Source: Bdellovibrionales bacterium RIFOXYD12_FULL_39_22 (GTDB taxonomy: Bacteria; Bdellovibrionota; Bacteriovoracia; Bacteriovoracales; Bacteriovoracaceae). From it: a stretch of 56,773 nucleotides of DNA. The stretch covers positions 1 to 56,773 of the forward strand of contig MEQL01000009.1 in NCBI GenBank assembly GCA_001770205.1. Direction: 5' to 3'. The notes under the pieces are model-generated. The model saw nothing but the letters and a program-made list of their open reading frames with translations. It searched no databases and was not told where the DNA came from. Shown here in pieces: positions 1 to 9,708 of the stretch; within the stretch, counting starts at the first letter, position 1; every line of letters starts with the position of its first letter. The translations under genes and the position numbers were made by a program.

Positions 1-96
1 CAAGAAAAAGTTAAAATAAATTGGAAGTTTTCGCGAAGGAAGGCTCGGGTAAAGTTCAAGTACAAAACCGGCAAAAATTAAATTGTCGCAGTACTA
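1..96 (+). mobile_element. Probable right end of an IS630-family insertion sequence (transposase C-terminus 1..81, ending at TA within CTAG)
   Basis: Frame 1 reads QEKVKINWKFSRRKARVKFKYKTGKN* (stop 79-81), resembling the I-N-W-x-F...A-R-x-K C-terminus of IS630 transposases as I recall it. It is followed by TTGTCGCAGTAC-TA-G; IS630 elements target TA. Confidence 0.55.
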
Positions 97-1205
97 GGTA
101 TATTAATGGAAGAGAATATTCAAAAACATTTTCTTCCTTGAGGGAGGCAATTACTTGGAAAAATGTTTTCCATCCCTCAATTCCTGAGAAAGTTATTGAG
201 ACCGCCCCTGTACCTAACCCAGTTCAACAAATTAGGACTCGGCAAAATGGTGAAGATTTAGGATACCGTTTTAGTGACATTTGGGATTTGTATAAAAAAT
301 TATATATTACGTCCTTAGAGAAATCTACGGCAGTAGGCCGTTTGTCTAAAGAAGGTTTTTTGTCTCCACTGTTTAATTTTAAAATGGTGGAGATTACGGC
401 GGACTTGCTTGATAAATTTATTGCAAGACACAAGGCGGATGTCTCAGTAATGAAAAGTGGTCGTAGATATAATTTCAATGATGAGCTAAAATGTTTAAAG
501 GCCATGTTGAATTGGTATCGAGAAAACTATGATCCCTTTTTTATAAATCCAGTATTAAAACGACACAAGACGGCAGGAGTAATTCGAAAAATAGAAAAGC
601 GTGACAAAAAAATGTCGGCCGAAGAAGTATTAAAGTTTTTCGAACAACTTCCTCCATTTTGGAGGGACTTTGCAGAAACTCAATTTTATATGGCCGGTAG
701 AGTTGGAGAAGTTGCAGGATTGCAGGTATCGAGTATTGATTTTCAACAGCGGGTTCTAACTGTAAAATACGTTATCGCATGGGCCAGAACATCTAAGCAT
801 TTTGATTATCTGAAGGATATGCCAAAGAATGGAGAAGAAAGATTTGTATTTTTAAATGAGAAACTTTTCGAAATTCTAACAAGAAGAGTAGCACACGCAA
901 GCGGTGGCTATGTCTTTCACGATAATGGATCTCCATTATCCTATAGGCAGATTCAATATCAGTATAATCATGCATTAAAAAAGGCCGGACTATTTCCCAA
1001 ATTTAGTTCAACCCATATTATGCGGCATTCAATGGGAACCATTACTAGAATGGTAACTGGTAGCATGGATTCAGCACAGGCGGTGACTGGCCACAAGGAC
1101 ATTAAAATGGCACAGCACTATTCATCAATGCCAACTGATATGAATAAGAATGCGGTAAACGATGTTAATCAATTTATGAGAAATCTAGAATTATCTGCAA
1201 AATAA
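21..1205 (+). CDS. Tyrosine recombinase/phage-type integrase; native N-terminus probably displaced by the IS (native sequence from about 95)
   Basis: Catalytic set is intact: R (AGRVGE), K (PKNG), HxxR (HIMRH), H (TGHKD), Y (QHYS). N-terminal arm-binding-like segment RYINGREYSKTF. Converges on the tRNA-Glu 3' end. Confidence 0.9.
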   Translation: MEVFAKEGSGKVQVQNRQKLNCRSTRYINGREYSKTFSSLREAITWKNVFHPSIPEKVIETAPVPNPVQQIRTRQNGEDLGYRFSDIWDLYKKLYITSLEKSTAVGRLSKEGFLSPLFNFKMVEITADLLDKFIARHKADVSVMKSGRRYNFNDELKCLKAMLNWYRENYDPFFINPVLKRHKTAGVIRKIEKRDKKMSAEEVLKFFEQLPPFWRDFAETQFYMAGRVGEVAGLQVSSIDFQQRVLTVKYVIAWARTSKHFDYLKDMPKNGEERFVFLNEKLFEILTRRVAHASGGYVFHDNGSPLSYRQIQYQYNHALKKAGLFPKFSSTHIMRHSMGTITRMVTGSMDSAQAVTGHKDIKMAQHYSSMPTDMNKNAVNDVNQFMRNLELSAK

Positions 1206-1254
1206 TGGAGCAGATCCAAAAAAAAGGCGCAGCTATCCGGTCACTTGGACCATG

Positions 1255-1279
1255 TGCCTCCCAATGAGGCATTTTTTTT
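1255..1279 (+). terminator. Intrinsic terminator after integrase
   Basis: TGCCTC-CCAAT-GAGGCA hairpin followed by T8. Confidence 0.65.
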
Positions 1280-1319
1280 GATTTTGAGGCAAATTTTTTT
1301 CAAAATAACGAAAATTACG

Positions 1320-1407
1320 CACAAAGTGCTCAGGTCAACCTCCTGAGCACTTTTTCTGACTCGAAAAAAAGTGGGCTGTAGACCTGAGCAAACCTGAGCA
1401 CTTTGTG
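1320..1407. repeat. Four CCTGAGCA repeats (putative integrase arm-type sites of an att junction)
   Basis: Copies at 1327-1334 (inverted), 1342-1349, 1383-1390 and 1393-1400. Perfect 16-bp inverted repeat 1320-1335 / 1392-1407. Confidence 0.75.
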
Positions 1408-1414
1408 AAAAGGC

Positions 1415-1443
1415 AAAAAAAAAGCCTCTGTTTCCAGAGGCTT
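1415..1443 (-). terminator. Intrinsic terminator of the tRNA-Lys/tRNA-Glu transcript
   Basis: Minus strand AAGCCTCTG-GAAA-CAGAGGCTT followed by a T run. Confidence 0.8.
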
Positions 1444-1453
1444 ATCCAACAAG

Positions 1454-1531
1454 TGGTACACCCACGGGGATTCGAACCCCGGTTACCGCCGTGAAAAGGC
1501 GATGTCCTAGGCCGGGCTAGACGATGGGTGC
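1454..1531 (-). tRNA. tRNA-Glu (anticodon TTC)
   Basis: Cloverleaf GCACCCA...TGGGTGT-A-CCA; anticodon arm TCGCC-TT-TTC-AC-GGCGG; T-loop GTTCGAATC. Confidence 0.97.
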
Positions 1532-1588
1532 ATTTAAAATCAGTATAGATCCGGCAATCTATTAAACTGCTATCAAATTTCCCTTGAA

Positions 1589-1665
1589 TGGTGATCCCGC
1601 TGCGACTTGAACGCAGGACCCCATCATTAAAAGTGATGTGCTCTAACCAACTGAGCTACGGGACC
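1589..1665 (-). tRNA. tRNA-Lys (anticodon TTT)
   Basis: GGTCCCG...CGGGATC-A-CCA; anticodon arm CATCA-CT-TTT-AA-TGATG; D arm AGCTCAGTTGGTTAGAGC. Confidence 0.97.
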
Positions 1666-1695
1666 TTTTCAACATCAAAAGAAATGTGATGTGAA

Positions 1696-1724
1696 AAATT
1701 AAGTGTTTTTGTATTTAAAGTCAA
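1696..1724 (-). promoter_or_regulatory. Putative sigma70 promoter of the tRNA pair
   Basis: Minus strand TTGACT-17 bp-TAATTT, about 30 bp upstream of tRNA-Lys. Confidence 0.55.
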
Positions 1725-1882
1725 ATGGAAAATTATCGCTCTTAAAAAAACTTTTTTGGTTTTCTGCATTTGAGGTAACAAATTTTTAGTTTTTAATATT
1801 GGTGTTTGACTAATTATCTCGCTTCGCATTTAAAGACAGGGAAAAAATAGTAAAAGTAAGTAACAAACTTTCTTTGTTTTCT

Positions 1883-3313
1883 ATGAAGAGGATGAAATTG
1901 TCAAAAGTAGATTTGTTAGCAAATATCAATGATATTGAAACATGTGGTGATGTCACAAAAAAGAGAACAGTATCCTTTTATACATTAGGATGTCGCCTAA
2001 ATAAGGCGGAGACCGGTACTTTTACTAAGCAGTTTATTGATAATGGTTTCTCGGTGGTTGATTTTGAAGAATCTGCCGATGTTGTTTTAATTAATACCTG
2101 CGTGGTGACAGACAAGGCGGAGTCAGTTTGTAGAAATGTAATTCGTAGGGCGCGTAAAATATCTCCTGATGGTTATATCGTAGTGGTTGGTTGCTATGCG
2201 GAAATTGAAGGTCAGAATATCTCAAAAGATGTTGACCTAATAATAAAGGCAAGCGAAAAGCACAAAATTTTTTATTATCTAGATAAGTGCGAAGAGAAGC
2301 ATTCTTTACTGCAAGTTTTTGGGCCAATCAAAGAGAAAGTGGCCACAGTCTCCGAAAATGCTCTAAATACTACTTTTTTCCATGCAGCATCTTCAATTGA
2401 AAATGGCAATACTCGGGCATTTTTAAAAATACAGGATGGCTGTAATTTTTTTTGCTCTTACTGCATTATTCCTTATGCCAGAGGCCGCTCGAGAGGAGCA
2501 GATATTGAAACCGTGTGTACTCAGGCCCGTGAATTGATATCTAGCGGATTCAAAGAGATCGTCTTAACAGGAATAAATATTGGGGATTATCGAAGTGTGG
2601 ACGGCGATAAAATAAGTAGATTGCCACATTTGCTAAGAGCAGTGTTGTCTTTAAATGGCCTAGAACGATTGCGATTGTCATCGATTGAGCCAAATACAAT
2701 TACAGATGAATTATTGGATGTTGTTTGCGATGCGCCTAACTTTATGAATCACTTCCATATTCCTCTGCAAAGTGGTGATGACGAGATATTGCGTTTAATG
2801 GGCCGGAAGTATACGTTGGTGGATTATACTAATGTTATTAAAAAAATTATAGACCGGATTCCTAACGTTACGATTGGAACGGATGTCATTGTTGGCCATC
2901 CTGGAGAAACTGAAGAGCATTTTGTTCAGACCAAGAACTTTCTTCAGGATATTGCCGTCTCTCATTTCCATATTTTCCCTTATTCGCTACGTAAAGGAAC
3001 AAAGTCTGCACAAATGCCCAATCAAATAGAAAAACGGATAAAAAAGATGCGAGCACGAGAATTAATAGAGCTGGGCCATTTAAAGTTAAAGGCCCGTTTG
3101 ATAGAAGAGGTTAGCGCGCAGCGAATTTTTCAGGTTTTATTTGAGCAACAAGTATCATCAGGAGTTTGGGAAGGATATACTTCAAATTATTTAAGAGTTC
3201 GCGTTCGGCCTAAGCAAGCATCAATTAGTTTAAAAAATGAAATTAGGGATGTGGTAATCATTTCAGTAGGAGAAGATTTGTACTTAGAGGGAGAGATTAT
3301 CGCTGATAAATAG
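1883..3313 (+). CDS. mtaB: tRNA t6A37 methylthiotransferase (radical SAM)
   Basis: TLGCRLN and INTCVVT motifs, radical SAM CNFFCSYC within LKIQDGC, RGRSR; start uncertain. Confidence 0.9.
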   Translation: MKRMKLSKVDLLANINDIETCGDVTKKRTVSFYTLGCRLNKAETGTFTKQFIDNGFSVVDFEESADVVLINTCVVTDKAESVCRNVIRRARKISPDGYIVVVGCYAEIEGQNISKDVDLIIKASEKHKIFYYLDKCEEKHSLLQVFGPIKEKVATVSENALNTTFFHAASSIENGNTRAFLKIQDGCNFFCSYCIIPYARGRSRGADIETVCTQARELISSGFKEIVLTGINIGDYRSVDGDKISRLPHLLRAVLSLNGLERLRLSSIEPNTITDELLDVVCDAPNFMNHFHIPLQSGDDEILRLMGRKYTLVDYTNVIKKIIDRIPNVTIGTDVIVGHPGETEEHFVQTKNFLQDIAVSHFHIFPYSLRKGTKSAQMPNQIEKRIKKMRARELIELGHLKLKARLIEEVSAQRIFQVLFEQQVSSGVWEGYTSNYLRVRVRPKQASISLKNEIRDVVIISVGEDLYLEGEIIADK

Positions 3314-3428
3314 AACGGAAAAATATTAGGGGCCACTTTTTATACTCTTCATATTTATATTCTTCATATTTTGTTGGAATTATCCTATTCTTAATTTTGT
3401 TCCAATAAAATAACCAAGGAATTTTATA

Positions 3429-5051
3429 GTGAGTGTTGCGAATATGGCCGCAGATCCTAGGCCTTCTGAGGTTCTTGCAAAAAAAGATAAAAGCTCTTTT
3501 CAGAAATTAATGGGATCCTCTTTAAAGATGGCCTCGGCCACTTTCTTAAGTCGGATTTTAGGACTTATTCGGGACCAGGTTATGGCCAAAATGTTTGGCG
3601 CCTCTGGGCTTACGGACGCCTTTGTGGTTGCGTATCGGATTCCAAACCTACTTCGAGATCTGTTTGCGGAGGGAGCCTTCTCATCGGCCTTTGTCCCAAC
3701 TTTTACAGAAGCAAGATTAAAAAGTCCAGAAACTGCCAGACGTCTACTGTGGTCATTATTTGTTATTTTAGCGGCCATCACTTCTATATTCACGTTACTA
3801 ATAATAATCTTTGCTCCGGAAATAACGGCCATTTTTGCTCCGGAATTTAAAAGTGATCCAGAAAAATTTCAAATAACAGTTTCCTTAGTTAGAATTATGG
3901 CCCCATTTTTGGTATTTATTTCGCTGGCCGCCCTTTTTATGGGGGTTCTAAATTCCATAAAAATATTTTTTATACCTTCCTTGGCACCAGCATTTTTTAA
4001 TGTAGTAATGATTTCTTCAATGCTCTTATTATCTCCATATCTTGTTTCTCATGGCCATAATCGAGTTTTTTCAATGGGAATTGGAGTGTTAGCAGGCGGT
4101 TTTGTACAATTACTGGTTCAATTGCCGCTAATATTTATAAAATCCTATGGACCGAAAGGGCCCTTGGAATTTGTATCCGATTACACTAAGCGCATTATTA
4201 ATCGTCTGGGGATTGGAACTATTGGAATAGCGGCAACACATATTAACGTTTTGGTAACAACCATTATCGCGACTTCAACGGTAGTAGGGGCAGTCTCCTG
4301 GCTTAACTATGCCTTTAGACTTTTTCAACTTCCTATTGGAATTTTAAGTGTCTCCATTGCTGGATCGACACTGGTTCACTTTAGTGATGCTTGGAAAAAG
4401 AAAGATTTTGATCATAGTCGAGAGCTTTTAGCATCGAGCTATTTCCTTTCTCTGCTGGTAATTGCTCCAGCACTTGTTTTAATGTACGTGCTAAGCTTTC
4501 CAACTGTAAATATTATTTTTGAACGAGGAGCATTCATTAGACACGATACTGAAATGACAGCACTTGCCATGCAGTACTATGCTCTTGGCCTTCCATTTTA
4601 TGGGTTATTCAAAATTTTTGTCCCCACATTTTATGTTTTTGACCGTCCTCAAATTCCTGTAGCAATATCCATAACCACAATAATTATTAACATTATTTTT
4701 TGCTTGTTACTTACCCCGGTATATGGTTTTAGAGTATTGGCCATTGGAACAACTTTATCTATGGCCATAAACTCTCTTGCCCAGGCCTTTTTTCTATCTA
4801 GGCAGATCAATTTATCACTTTCATTTTTTATAAATCGACGCGTTTTTAAAATTATTTTTGCGGGATTTATTGCCTATATGGTTTGTCGTCTATCTATCGA
4901 TCGCTTTTTTTCGGCGGAATATGGCCTTTTTAGAAAAGTTCTGTTGTATTCTTCATGCGTAGTAGTTACAATAACTTCATATATTATCCCGTTGGCCTTG
5001 TTGGGCGAGTTTGGGCCACTAAAAAAACTAGTGTCCAAAAGGGTTGCATAG
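3429..5051 (+). CDS. murJ: Lipid II flippase MurJ/MviN
   Basis: SRILGLIRD, AYRIPNLLRDLFAEGAFSSAFVP, many transmembrane helices. Confidence 0.95.
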   Translation: MSVANMAADPRPSEVLAKKDKSSFQKLMGSSLKMASATFLSRILGLIRDQVMAKMFGASGLTDAFVVAYRIPNLLRDLFAEGAFSSAFVPTFTEARLKSPETARRLLWSLFVILAAITSIFTLLIIIFAPEITAIFAPEFKSDPEKFQITVSLVRIMAPFLVFISLAALFMGVLNSIKIFFIPSLAPAFFNVVMISSMLLLSPYLVSHGHNRVFSMGIGVLAGGFVQLLVQLPLIFIKSYGPKGPLEFVSDYTKRIINRLGIGTIGIAATHINVLVTTIIATSTVVGAVSWLNYAFRLFQLPIGILSVSIAGSTLVHFSDAWKKKDFDHSRELLASSYFLSLLVIAPALVLMYVLSFPTVNIIFERGAFIRHDTEMTALAMQYYALGLPFYGLFKIFVPTFYVFDRPQIPVAISITTIIINIIFCLLLTPVYGFRVLAIGTTLSMAINSLAQAFFLSRQINLSLSFFINRRVFKIIFAGFIAYMVCRLSIDRFFSAEYGLFRKVLLYSSCVVVTITSYIIPLALLGEFGPLKKLVSKRVA

Positions 5052-5116
5052 GCATAAAAAAGTTGATTTGTGGGCCTATTCGGGGAGTGGTTAGTATATA
5101 TTGGGGATTACAAACG

Positions 5117-5563
5117 ATGAAAACAGATTTTGAAACATTGAGAGCACTGGCATCATATACAATCAATTTGCTTTTGGATCACAAGATGATTGATTTTAAT
5201 ACGGAAATGCGGACTGAATTAATTGATTCTATGGCCACTGAGTACAACGTGTGCTTTTCCACTGACGATGATATTAAACAGCAGGCCATTGAGGATGTTG
5301 AAGATAAAATGGGAGATGTGTCACTTCCTGAGGATATTGCAGAATCTGAAATGTTTAATCATGCTCGCAAAGAAATAATAAAATCATTTAATGGTGAAAA
5401 TATTGCAGGCCTTTATTTGGTTGAGTCGTTGCATCAAGTAGGCAATCGAATGACTGAATTTCTATTAAATAATGAATTAATCGATGATGTTTTCGGAACT
5501 GATGAAGAGATCGCTAATTTTTTGATCGGGAAAATTCGCAATTTCTCTATTAAGCGTGGTTAG
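5117..5563 (+). CDS. Acidic hypothetical protein (DUF507-like)
   Basis: ATG at 5117 preceded by GGGG; longer ORF call overlaps murJ; C-terminal IDDVFGTDEEI resembles DUF507. Confidence 0.6.
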   Translation: MKTDFETLRALASYTINLLLDHKMIDFNTEMRTELIDSMATEYNVCFSTDDDIKQQAIEDVEDKMGDVSLPEDIAESEMFNHARKEIIKSFNGENIAGLYLVESLHQVGNRMTEFLLNNELIDDVFGTDEEIANFLIGKIRNFSIKRG

Positions 5564-5568
5564 TTTTT

Positions 5569-6414
5569 TTACTCCAAAATTTTCAAACGTTTTTGACAGT
5601 CGATATCAATTATACTTTTGGATTTAGGGTGCGGAAACTGTATTCTATATGCTAGCAGCTTAAGTCCTGACCTGTTTTTATTTCCTTGGCCATACTGAGG
5701 ATCTCCAATTAATGGGTGGCCAATCAGGTTAAAATGCTGCCGGATTTGATGATAACGGCCACTGATGATTTCAATATCGACAAGTGTTTTTCCGTTGGCA
5801 ATCTCCTGGACGGAATATTTTGTAATAGAATTTTTGCCATCAAGTGGCAGAGTAATTTCTGCTTTACTGCCAATTCCACTTTTAATTTCTCCTAAAACAA
5901 TGGCGTGATAATATTTAAAAATATTATTATTTTTTGTTTGTGTTGAAAAATATGCTGCTGCTTGCTTGCTATGAGCAACAATCATCACCCCCTCAGTTTC
6001 GCGATCTAGTCGTTGTACGATAAATGGCGATTTTCCCAAGGTCTTTATGTAGTGAGACATAGAGCAGAGTTCTCCATATTTACTTTCCTGCGAAAGCATT
6101 CCAGTTGGTTTATACAAAACAGAGAAATCCTGTCCATCATAGAGGAGCTCTACTTTTTTATATAGGGAGATGGCCAAAGTGGGTAGGTTCGGATCATAGT
6201 AAAATTCTACTCGATCACCTTGGTGTAGTACTGTAGAGTTCCGTCTTATACATCCAAGTCCTTTTTTATTTCTAATCCACAGGCCGCCTGATTCTACAAC
6301 TGCTTTAATTTTAATTTTGGAAAGAGTTGTTTTTTTGGCCAACCAATCAACGGCCTTTACCTCGTCTTTCTCTTTAAAAGTCTCTTTTAAAATAATTTTA
6401 TTATTTTCGCTCAT
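5569..6414 (-). CDS. RluA/RluD-family pseudouridine synthase
   Basis: KPTGMLSQ, catalytic QRLDRETEG, GRYHQIRQH, GHPLIGDPQYG. Confidence 0.9.
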   Translation of the reverse strand: MSENNKIILKETFKEKDEVKAVDWLAKKTTLSKIKIKAVVESGGLWIRNKKGLGCIRRNSTVLHQGDRVEFYYDPNLPTLAISLYKKVELLYDGQDFSVLYKPTGMLSQESKYGELCSMSHYIKTLGKSPFIVQRLDRETEGVMIVAHSKQAAAYFSTQTKNNNIFKYYHAIVLGEIKSGIGSKAEITLPLDGKNSITKYSVQEIANGKTLVDIEIISGRYHQIRQHFNLIGHPLIGDPQYGQGNKNRSGLKLLAYRIQFPHPKSKSIIDIDCQKRLKILE

Positions 6415-6429
6415 GGGTATTAATATGTG

Positions 6430-6457
6430 AAAAAAAAGGGCCCAAAAACTGGGCCCT
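6430..6457 (-). terminator. Intrinsic terminator after RRM gene
   Basis: Minus strand AGGGCCCA-GTTTT-TGGGCCCT followed by a T run. Confidence 0.8.
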
Positions 6458-6492
6458 CTCTGCTAATAATTTAATTTTAGGTTTTAATTAAA

Positions 6493-6840
6493 CTACGGAC
6501 GGCCACCACGGCCACCGCCTTTAAATCCCCCTCCGCCGCGATTAAAACCGCCGCGTCCACCGCCGCCGCCGCCACCGCCACCAGTGCGTGGCTCTTGTGG
6601 TTTGGCCTCATTAACTTTTATGTTTCGGCCTTCAACTTCTTTTTCATTTAATTGAGCGATAGCATTTTGTGCTTCTTCATCGCTACTCATTTCAATGAAC
6701 CCGAAACCTTTGCTGCGTCCAGATTCTCTGTCGATAATCACTTTAGCTGATTGAACAGTTCCAAACTGTGCAAATAGTGACTCTAGTGACTGATCGTTGC
6801 TTGAGTATGGCAGATTGCCAACGTAAATCTTCTTTCCCAT
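6493..6840 (-). CDS. RRM RNA-binding protein with Gly-rich tail
   Basis: RNP2 IYVGNL, RNP1 KGFGFIEM, RGG-rich C-terminus. Confidence 0.95.
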   Translation of the reverse strand: MGKKIYVGNLPYSSNDQSLESLFAQFGTVQSAKVIIDRESGRSKGFGFIEMSSDEEAQNAIAQLNEKEVEGRNIKVNEAKPQEPRTGGGGGGGGGRGGFNRGGGGFKGGGRGGRP

Positions 6841-7077
6841 TTCCTTCCTCCAGGATGCTTTTCGAAACCAGAGGGCAGAAATCTATCTCCTCGGTATTCT
6901 ACTAATCTTGTTAAACACTGGCAGGCCAACATGGCCAGCCGACTATTTAATCTTATAATTCATAATTAATATAAAAACAATACTTATCGTATTTTATTTT
7001 TTCTTGACCTTAAATTAGTTCGAAGGGAAGAATTAAAATATAGTTGAAAGATGCCAAGAAGGTTGTTTCGAGATTGA

Positions 7078-7746
7078 TTAAGACGCTTTAAGAAGTGATT
7101 CCTGATGTGTATCCATAGTTTCAAAAAATTTTAACACGCGTATTATTCCAGGATCTTCAATATGAGGCGATTCTTCGTTCGGAATAAGTAGGTTTAACAT
7201 GTTGATTTTTTCAAAAATGGAGTTTGTTTTAAGGAAAATCAGTTTTAGTTCAACATCACGAATTAAAAACATGGAGATATAGTCAACGATTTGATTGATG
7301 TTATTGATCTGTTTTAAGAAATTTTCTCGATCTAAAGAGTTAGATATACTCAAATTAATCCATTTATTAAAGATTCTGTTTAGACGTTCAATGCCGCTAT
7401 TAATTAAAATACCTCCGTCGCCAATTTCTTCAAGAAAATGTCCTTCCCAGATAGGATAGGGAATATTTTGTAAAGGGGTGTTTAAAATGACTTTTCCTAT
7501 TCCTTCAAGTGCAATGCGAATTCGGTCTTTATTGCTATCGTTGAGCAAAATAGGCCGCCCTATTGCGCAAATCTGTCCTTGCTTTATTTGTCCAGGACTT
7601 GGAAGGACGGAGAGGAACATTCCATTTTCGATAGAGGTAAGAACCATACTAATATATATCGGATCCGTTACATCTACAGGGAGAACAGTGTTTGGAAAGA
7701 ACACAACATCTGGAATGGAAATAATCCCAAATTTTGGACGCACCAT
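7078..7746 (-). CDS. Stand-alone Lon N-terminal (substrate-binding) domain protein
   Basis: PDVVFFPNTVLP...P.Y..MV motif; no AAA+ or protease domain. Confidence 0.75.
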   Translation of the reverse strand: MVRPKFGIISIPDVVFFPNTVLPVDVTDPIYISMVLTSIENGMFLSVLPSPGQIKQGQICAIGRPILLNDSNKDRIRIALEGIGKVILNTPLQNIPYPIWEGHFLEEIGDGGILINSGIERLNRIFNKWINLSISNSLDRENFLKQINNINQIVDYISMFLIRDVELKLIFLKTNSIFEKINMLNLLIPNEESPHIEDPGIIRVLKFFETMDTHQESLLKAS

Positions 7747-7888
7747 GTCAAATATGATAGCATATTATTTGATAGAATTAATAAAATAGTTTCTTTTGCA
7801 AAAACCATGTATAATATTAATGATTTAAGATGCGGATTTTTTATTTTTAAATATTATTTTTATTTATGGCCACGAGCGGCCACCATTT

Positions 7889-8830
7889 ATGGAGAGCAAA
7901 GTATTAAAATTAACACCTGTACTATTTGAGCGAATCTGGGGGGGGCGTCGTTTGGGCCAACTTAAAGGAATGCCCAATGCATTATCTTTGGGGGAGAGTT
8001 GGGAGGTTTCCGTCCACCCAGAAGGAGTTTCGCAGGTAAGAGGGCAAGCGCTTAGTTCCGTAATTGACGGTAGACATTTGCCCTATCTGGTAAAATTTAT
8101 TGATACAGAGAGTAATTTATCTGTTCAGGTTCATCCAGATAATGAATTTGCTCAAGAACATGAAGGAACCTCTGGAAAAACAGAGTGCTGGATTATTCTT
8201 GAGGCCGGACATGGTGCTGGTATTTACTTGGGAGTAAAAGATGGAGTTACGCGCCAGCGCTTTCATCGGGCGCTTCTTGAGCGCGAAGATATTTCGCTGC
8301 TGCTAAACTACTACCCTGTGGGAGTCGGAGATTTTTTTCTTGTGCCGGCAGGAATGCTGCATGCTATTGGGGCAAAGGTTTTTTTATTAGAGATTCAACA
8401 GTCTTCCGGAATCACCTACAGAGCATGGGATTGGAATCGGTTCGATCAAAATGGCCATCCGCGAAAGTTACACCAGGATAAGGCCATGCAGGTAATTAAT
8501 TTCGATAAAGAATTTAATGGGCAATCTGCAATTAGTTATCAGAGAAATGTGTTTGGAGAAAAATGGATAAAGAGATTGGTTGAACATCCTGATTTTTCTG
8601 TTGATAGCCATACTCTGGTGCAGGGGGAAGAGCTTAGCTTAGAGTCCAATGAAACATCAGGAAGATATTCCTCTATTCTCTGCCTGTCCGGCCAGGTGAC
8701 GATTCAGGGAGGAGCGTGTAATGAATGTTTGGCCACCTTTGAATCTTCGCTACTTATTCGAGGGAGATCTCACCCCCCATTTAGAATAAAACCATTATCA
8801 AGCACGGCAACTATTGTGGTAGTATATTGA
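7889..8830 (+). CDS. manA: Mannose-6-phosphate isomerase, class I
   Basis: RIWGG, GESWEVS, LSVQVHP, GKTECW, HAIG, LEIQQSS. Confidence 0.9.
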   Translation: MESKVLKLTPVLFERIWGGRRLGQLKGMPNALSLGESWEVSVHPEGVSQVRGQALSSVIDGRHLPYLVKFIDTESNLSVQVHPDNEFAQEHEGTSGKTECWIILEAGHGAGIYLGVKDGVTRQRFHRALLEREDISLLLNYYPVGVGDFFLVPAGMLHAIGAKVFLLEIQQSSGITYRAWDWNRFDQNGHPRKLHQDKAMQVINFDKEFNGQSAISYQRNVFGEKWIKRLVEHPDFSVDSHTLVQGEELSLESNETSGRYSSILCLSGQVTIQGGACNECLATFESSLLIRGRSHPPFRIKPLSSTATIVVVY

Positions 8831-8873
8831 GATTGAGATTGAGATTGAAGCATTTTAATAGGAACAATTTAAT

Positions 8874-9689
8874 ATGGGTGAACGGGTTCTTGGACGCTTA
8901 ATATTTTGTTTTGTTTTGTTTATAAACTATTCGTGTCAGAAGTATTCAAGTTATAGTGTTCATAGTAGTGGAAGTAGCTTTGTTGCCATAGAGGATTCCT
9001 TCATTGTGGATGTGTCGGTGGTTAAATGGTCGGTGGGGGTTTTGCATAAAGATACGATTTCCAAGGGAATCAATCTCAAAATTAAAATGCCTATAATGGA
9101 TTCATCAGATGTTAAGGAAATGGTAGCTGCTGGGAAGGTTGATTCGTGGCTGTTACGAGTGAGAAAAATGTCTTATTCGGGTTCATCAGAGATTGGATAT
9201 GTAAAGATTCCTATTATAATTCCCGGGAGAACGTCGGAAATGGGTTTTAAGATAAAACAGCTAGATTATGTACAGCTCAACATCTATTATTCTTCTATAG
9301 CGGTATCATCACGTTTTGAGAGCTTACAATGCCCCCCTATCGATCAAAGTAAGGAAATTGGAACAATTACCTTGGAAGATAGCGTTCGAGAAATGAATAA
9401 GATAACTATCGGGGCCACAGACCAGGAAAGAGTTCCCGGTAAAATAGAACAGTATGGCTATAAGCCTATGGTTTTAAGTGGAGGAATGGAGTTGACCGGC
9501 CGTTATGCGGTAGATATCGCCCTACTTGATTCAAATCGCGGGAGCAGGGTTAGTAGTTATTTTGAATTACCTAGTGCGGTGGAAGTCTCTGGGGAGAGAG
9601 CAAAAATTTTAAAAGGTTGTTTTAATTTTAAAGTGCCAACAATTCGGCCCAATGATCCCGACCTGTACCAGAACTTTCGATTTAGATAG
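8874..9689 (+). CDS. Hypothetical lipoprotein
   Basis: 271-aa ORF with hydrophobic N-terminus and lipobox-like NYSC. Confidence 0.65.
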   Translation: MGERVLGRLIFCFVLFINYSCQKYSSYSVHSSGSSFVAIEDSFIVDVSVVKWSVGVLHKDTISKGINLKIKMPIMDSSDVKEMVAAGKVDSWLLRVRKMSYSGSSEIGYVKIPIIIPGRTSEMGFKIKQLDYVQLNIYYSSIAVSSRFESLQCPPIDQSKEIGTITLEDSVREMNKITIGATDQERVPGKIEQYGYKPMVLSGGMELTGRYAVDIALLDSNRGSRVSSYFELPSAVEVSGERAKILKGCFNFKVPTIRPNDPDLYQNFRFR

Positions 9690-9708
9690 GGAAGATTGAT
9701 TTTTTTAC

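Noticed and set aside
1320..1407. Repeats as a mini-CRISPR array
   Set aside because: Repeats are too short, in mixed orientation and irregularly spaced, with no cas genes
1454..1531. G1-U72 pair in tRNA-Glu as a sign of att-mediated replacement
   Set aside because: A wobble pair at this position is common in bacterial tRNA-Glu
4955..5116. N-terminal extension of ORF 4955-5563
   Set aside because: Overlaps murJ; better start with RBS at 5117
6500..6585. CCG/CCA trinucleotide run
   Set aside because: Encodes the Gly-rich tail of the RRM protein
8829..8846. (GAGATT)x3 after manA
   Set aside because: Too short, with no evidence of function
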